From Candidatus Saccharimonadales bacterium (GTDB lineage Bacteria > Patescibacteriota > Saccharimonadia > UBA4664 > SCTI01), in assembly GCA_030150485.1 (NCBI GenBank), contig JASLFZ010000061.1, positions 1 to 24,000 of the forward strand: DNA of 24,000 nt, in the 5' to 3' direction. Below are positions 22,377 to 24,000 of the stretch, piece by piece; position 1 is the stretch's first letter; every line of letters begins with the position of its first letter. The notes under the pieces were generated by a model. It saw only the letters and a list, made by a program, of their open reading frames with translations. It did not search any database and was not told where the DNA came from. The position numbers were made by a program, and so were the translations under genes.

Positions 22377-22396
22377 AAAAAAGCGGCCGAAGCCAC
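22377..22396 (-). terminator. Rho-independent terminator of rpoD with a UUCG tetraloop
   Basis: Minus strand reads GUGGC-UUCG-GCCGC followed by UUUUUU (plus-strand A-run at 22377-22382). The single non-Watson-Crick pair is U-G on the minus strand and A-C on the plus strand. Confidence 0.8.
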
Positions 22397-22418
22397 ATTC
22401 TTGTAGCGTAGGGGCTGC

Positions 22419-23525
22419 CTAAGCTAGATAGTCTTTGAGTTTCTTGCTCTCACGGTGCTTACGGAGCTTGGTGAGGGCTTTGGCTTCAATCTGGCGGATA
22501 CGCTCACGCGTAACACCAAACTCAAGCCCAACCTCTTCCAACGTGTGGCTTTTGCCATCTTCGAGGCCGAAGCGCATCCGGAGGATTTTCTGCTCCCGCG
22601 GAGTCAGCAGTGAGAGAACGCTGGCCACCTGCTCTTTAAGTAGCTGGTTGGCAGCCACTTCGGGCGGGGTGGGGCGATCCTCGTCTTCGATAAACTCACT
22701 CAAGCTAGAGTCCTTATCGTCCCCTACCGGTGACTCCAGCGAAACGATATCCTGCTTAATCTTGAGGATATGGTTGACCTTATCAACCTCAATCTCCATT
22801 TCGGCGGCAATCTCTTCCGGCAGCGGCTCACGGCCGAGCTCCTGGACTAACCGGCGCTGAGTACGGATAAGTTTGTTGATCGTCTCAACCATGTGGACCG
22901 GAATACGGATGGTCCGCGCCTGGTCGGCGATAGCGCGGGTGATGGCCTGGCGGATCCACCAGGTGGCGTAGGTGCTGAACTTAAAGCCCTTGGTGTAATC
23001 AAATTTTTCGACGGCGCGCAGCAGGCCGCTCGAACCCTCTTGAATCAGGTCGAGCAGATCGAGGCCGCGGCCAATATATTTCTTAGCGATAGAGACGACT
23101 AGCCGCAGGTTGGCCTCAACCATGGCGTCTTTAGCGGCCTTATCGCCCTTGGCGATCCGCTTAGCTAGCTCAACCTCTTGCTCGGCGTTGAGTAGCGGCA
23201 CGCGGCCGATCTCGCGCAGGTAAAGGCGCACAGAGTCGTCGGCAATATCTTTAACGTAGTCGTCGCTTTCCTGGGGCGATTCTTCGTCGTCGCCAGAATC
23301 CCAAATGAGACGATCTTTTTGGTCCGTTAGCTCGACACCGTGCTCAAGCAGCGCGGCATAGAGCTCATCAAGCTCCTCAATGTTATCCTCGGCATCGGGG
23401 ATGGCCTGCGAGACCTCTTGTTGGGTAACGAAACCCTGCTCTTTACCCTTCTGCAATAAGCGCTCGACCTCGGGGGTGTAGCGCGATTCGGTTTCTTCGG
23501 TGGAAACGGTAGCTTTTCTAGCCAA
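22419..23525 (-). CDS. rpoD: RNA polymerase primary sigma factor (sigma-70 family)
   Basis: Region 2 [41 protein letters not shown], region 3, and region 4.2 [27 protein letters not shown] start at 23525, preceded by AAGGAG with a 6-nt spacer. Confidence 0.95.
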   Translation of the reverse strand: MARKATVSTEETESRYTPEVERLLQKGKEQGFVTQQEVSQAIPDAEDNIEELDELYAALLEHGVELTDQKDRLIWDSGDDEESPQESDDYVKDIADDSVRLYLREIGRVPLLNAEQEVELAKRIAKGDKAAKDAMVEANLRLVVSIAKKYIGRGLDLLDLIQEGSSGLLRAVEKFDYTKGFKFSTYATWWIRQAITRAIADQARTIRIPVHMVETINKLIRTQRRLVQELGREPLPEEIAAEMEIEVDKVNHILKIKQDIVSLESPVGDDKDSSLSEFIEDEDRPTPPEVAANQLLKEQVASVLSLLTPREQKILRMRFGLEDGKSHTLEEVGLEFGVTRERIRQIEAKALTKLRKHRESKKLKDYLA

Positions 23526-23554
23526 ATGGAGCTCCTTTCGGGATTGGTGGTAGG

Positions 23555-24000
23555 TTATTCTTCTTCGGTGATGAGTGCCTGAAACTGACGCAGAAGCCGC
23601 CCGGCCAAATCGGTATCACCTTTGGCTTCGGCTTCTTGGAGTTTACGGCTGAGTTTGGTTTTGGTGTCTTTGTTGGTGGCGGTTTGCAGTCGTCCTACCA
23701 GCTGAAAGGCTTCAAAGCTGCGATCTGCAGGAGCGAATGAGTCGTACTGCTCTTCGCCCCGTAGTACTAAAATTTTAACATAGTCAGCCAGGTTTGGCAA
23801 CTGAGGCACCAGCTCAGCGACAGTAGCACTTGGAGCGGTCTGCAAAGCCTCGATGATGACTTGGTGATCTGGCTCGGAGAAATGCGCCGGCGTAAGATCT
23901 TCCAGGCTCACGCGCACCTCCGGATAAGCCAGATTAATGGCCAGCACGGACTCCTCCAGCCGCTGCTTTACCCCTTTGGGCTGAGCGGTTGTGGTGGTAG
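23555..24000 (-). CDS. dnaG: DNA primase, C-terminal part; the gene continues beyond the right edge
   Basis: The frame stays open from 23947 to 24000 (..[27 protein letters not shown]..). It sits directly upstream of rpoD, which is the classical dnaG-rpoD arrangement. The helical C-terminal domain resembles the DnaG helicase-binding domain. The assignment rests mainly on synteny. Confidence 0.7.
   Translation of the reverse strand, partial: TTTTAQPKGVKQRLEESVLAINLAYPEVRVSLEDLTPAHFSEPDHQVIIEALQTAPSATVAELVPQLPNLADYVKILVLRGEEQYDSFAPADRSFEAFQLVGRLQTATNKDTKTKLSRKLQEAEAKGDTDLAGRLLRQFQALITEEE

Overview
This 24-kb window is a dense housekeeping block from a compact bacterial genome, coded almost entirely on the minus strand. 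Gene content, synteny and low-complexity protein tails suggest a small-genome Gram-positive-type or CPR/Saccharibacteria-like lineage, but that is inference only.

Gene order, read right to left on the minus strand:
- dnaG (3' part), rpoD
- P-loop kinase-like ORF coupled to an acidic ORF
- RlpA-like lipoprotein
- TrmB-like regulator
- about 1.06 kb of ORF-poor, heavily structured DNA
- polA
- three orphan small ORFs
- fpg, mazG-like, holA
- rpsT plus a small ORF, both on the plus strand
- degenerate DHH protein, truB
- an AT-richer two-ORF cassette
- rpsO, pnp, udg
- rnj
- ftsK, rodZ-like
- uppS (5' part)

I recognised no rRNA, tRNA, CRISPR array, transposase or integrase.

Most notable observations:
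1. A complete consensus type III hammerhead self-cleaving ribozyme motif lies on the minus strand at 9052-9102. It sits between the two orphan ORFs of a cassette that interrupts the conserved truB-rpsO-pnp arrangement.
2. The trmB-like/polA gap holds two promoter-bounded candidate RNA units that I could not assign to any known RNA family. One carries a 37-codon ORF whose start codon lies in a perfect 14-bp palindrome. The other ends in a perfect 20-bp hairpin abutting the polA promoter.
3. A leaderless-mRNA architecture recurs, with a -10 hexamer exactly 6-7 nt upstream of the ATG at six genes.

All calls are by eye from the sequence and ORF track. No database search was run.
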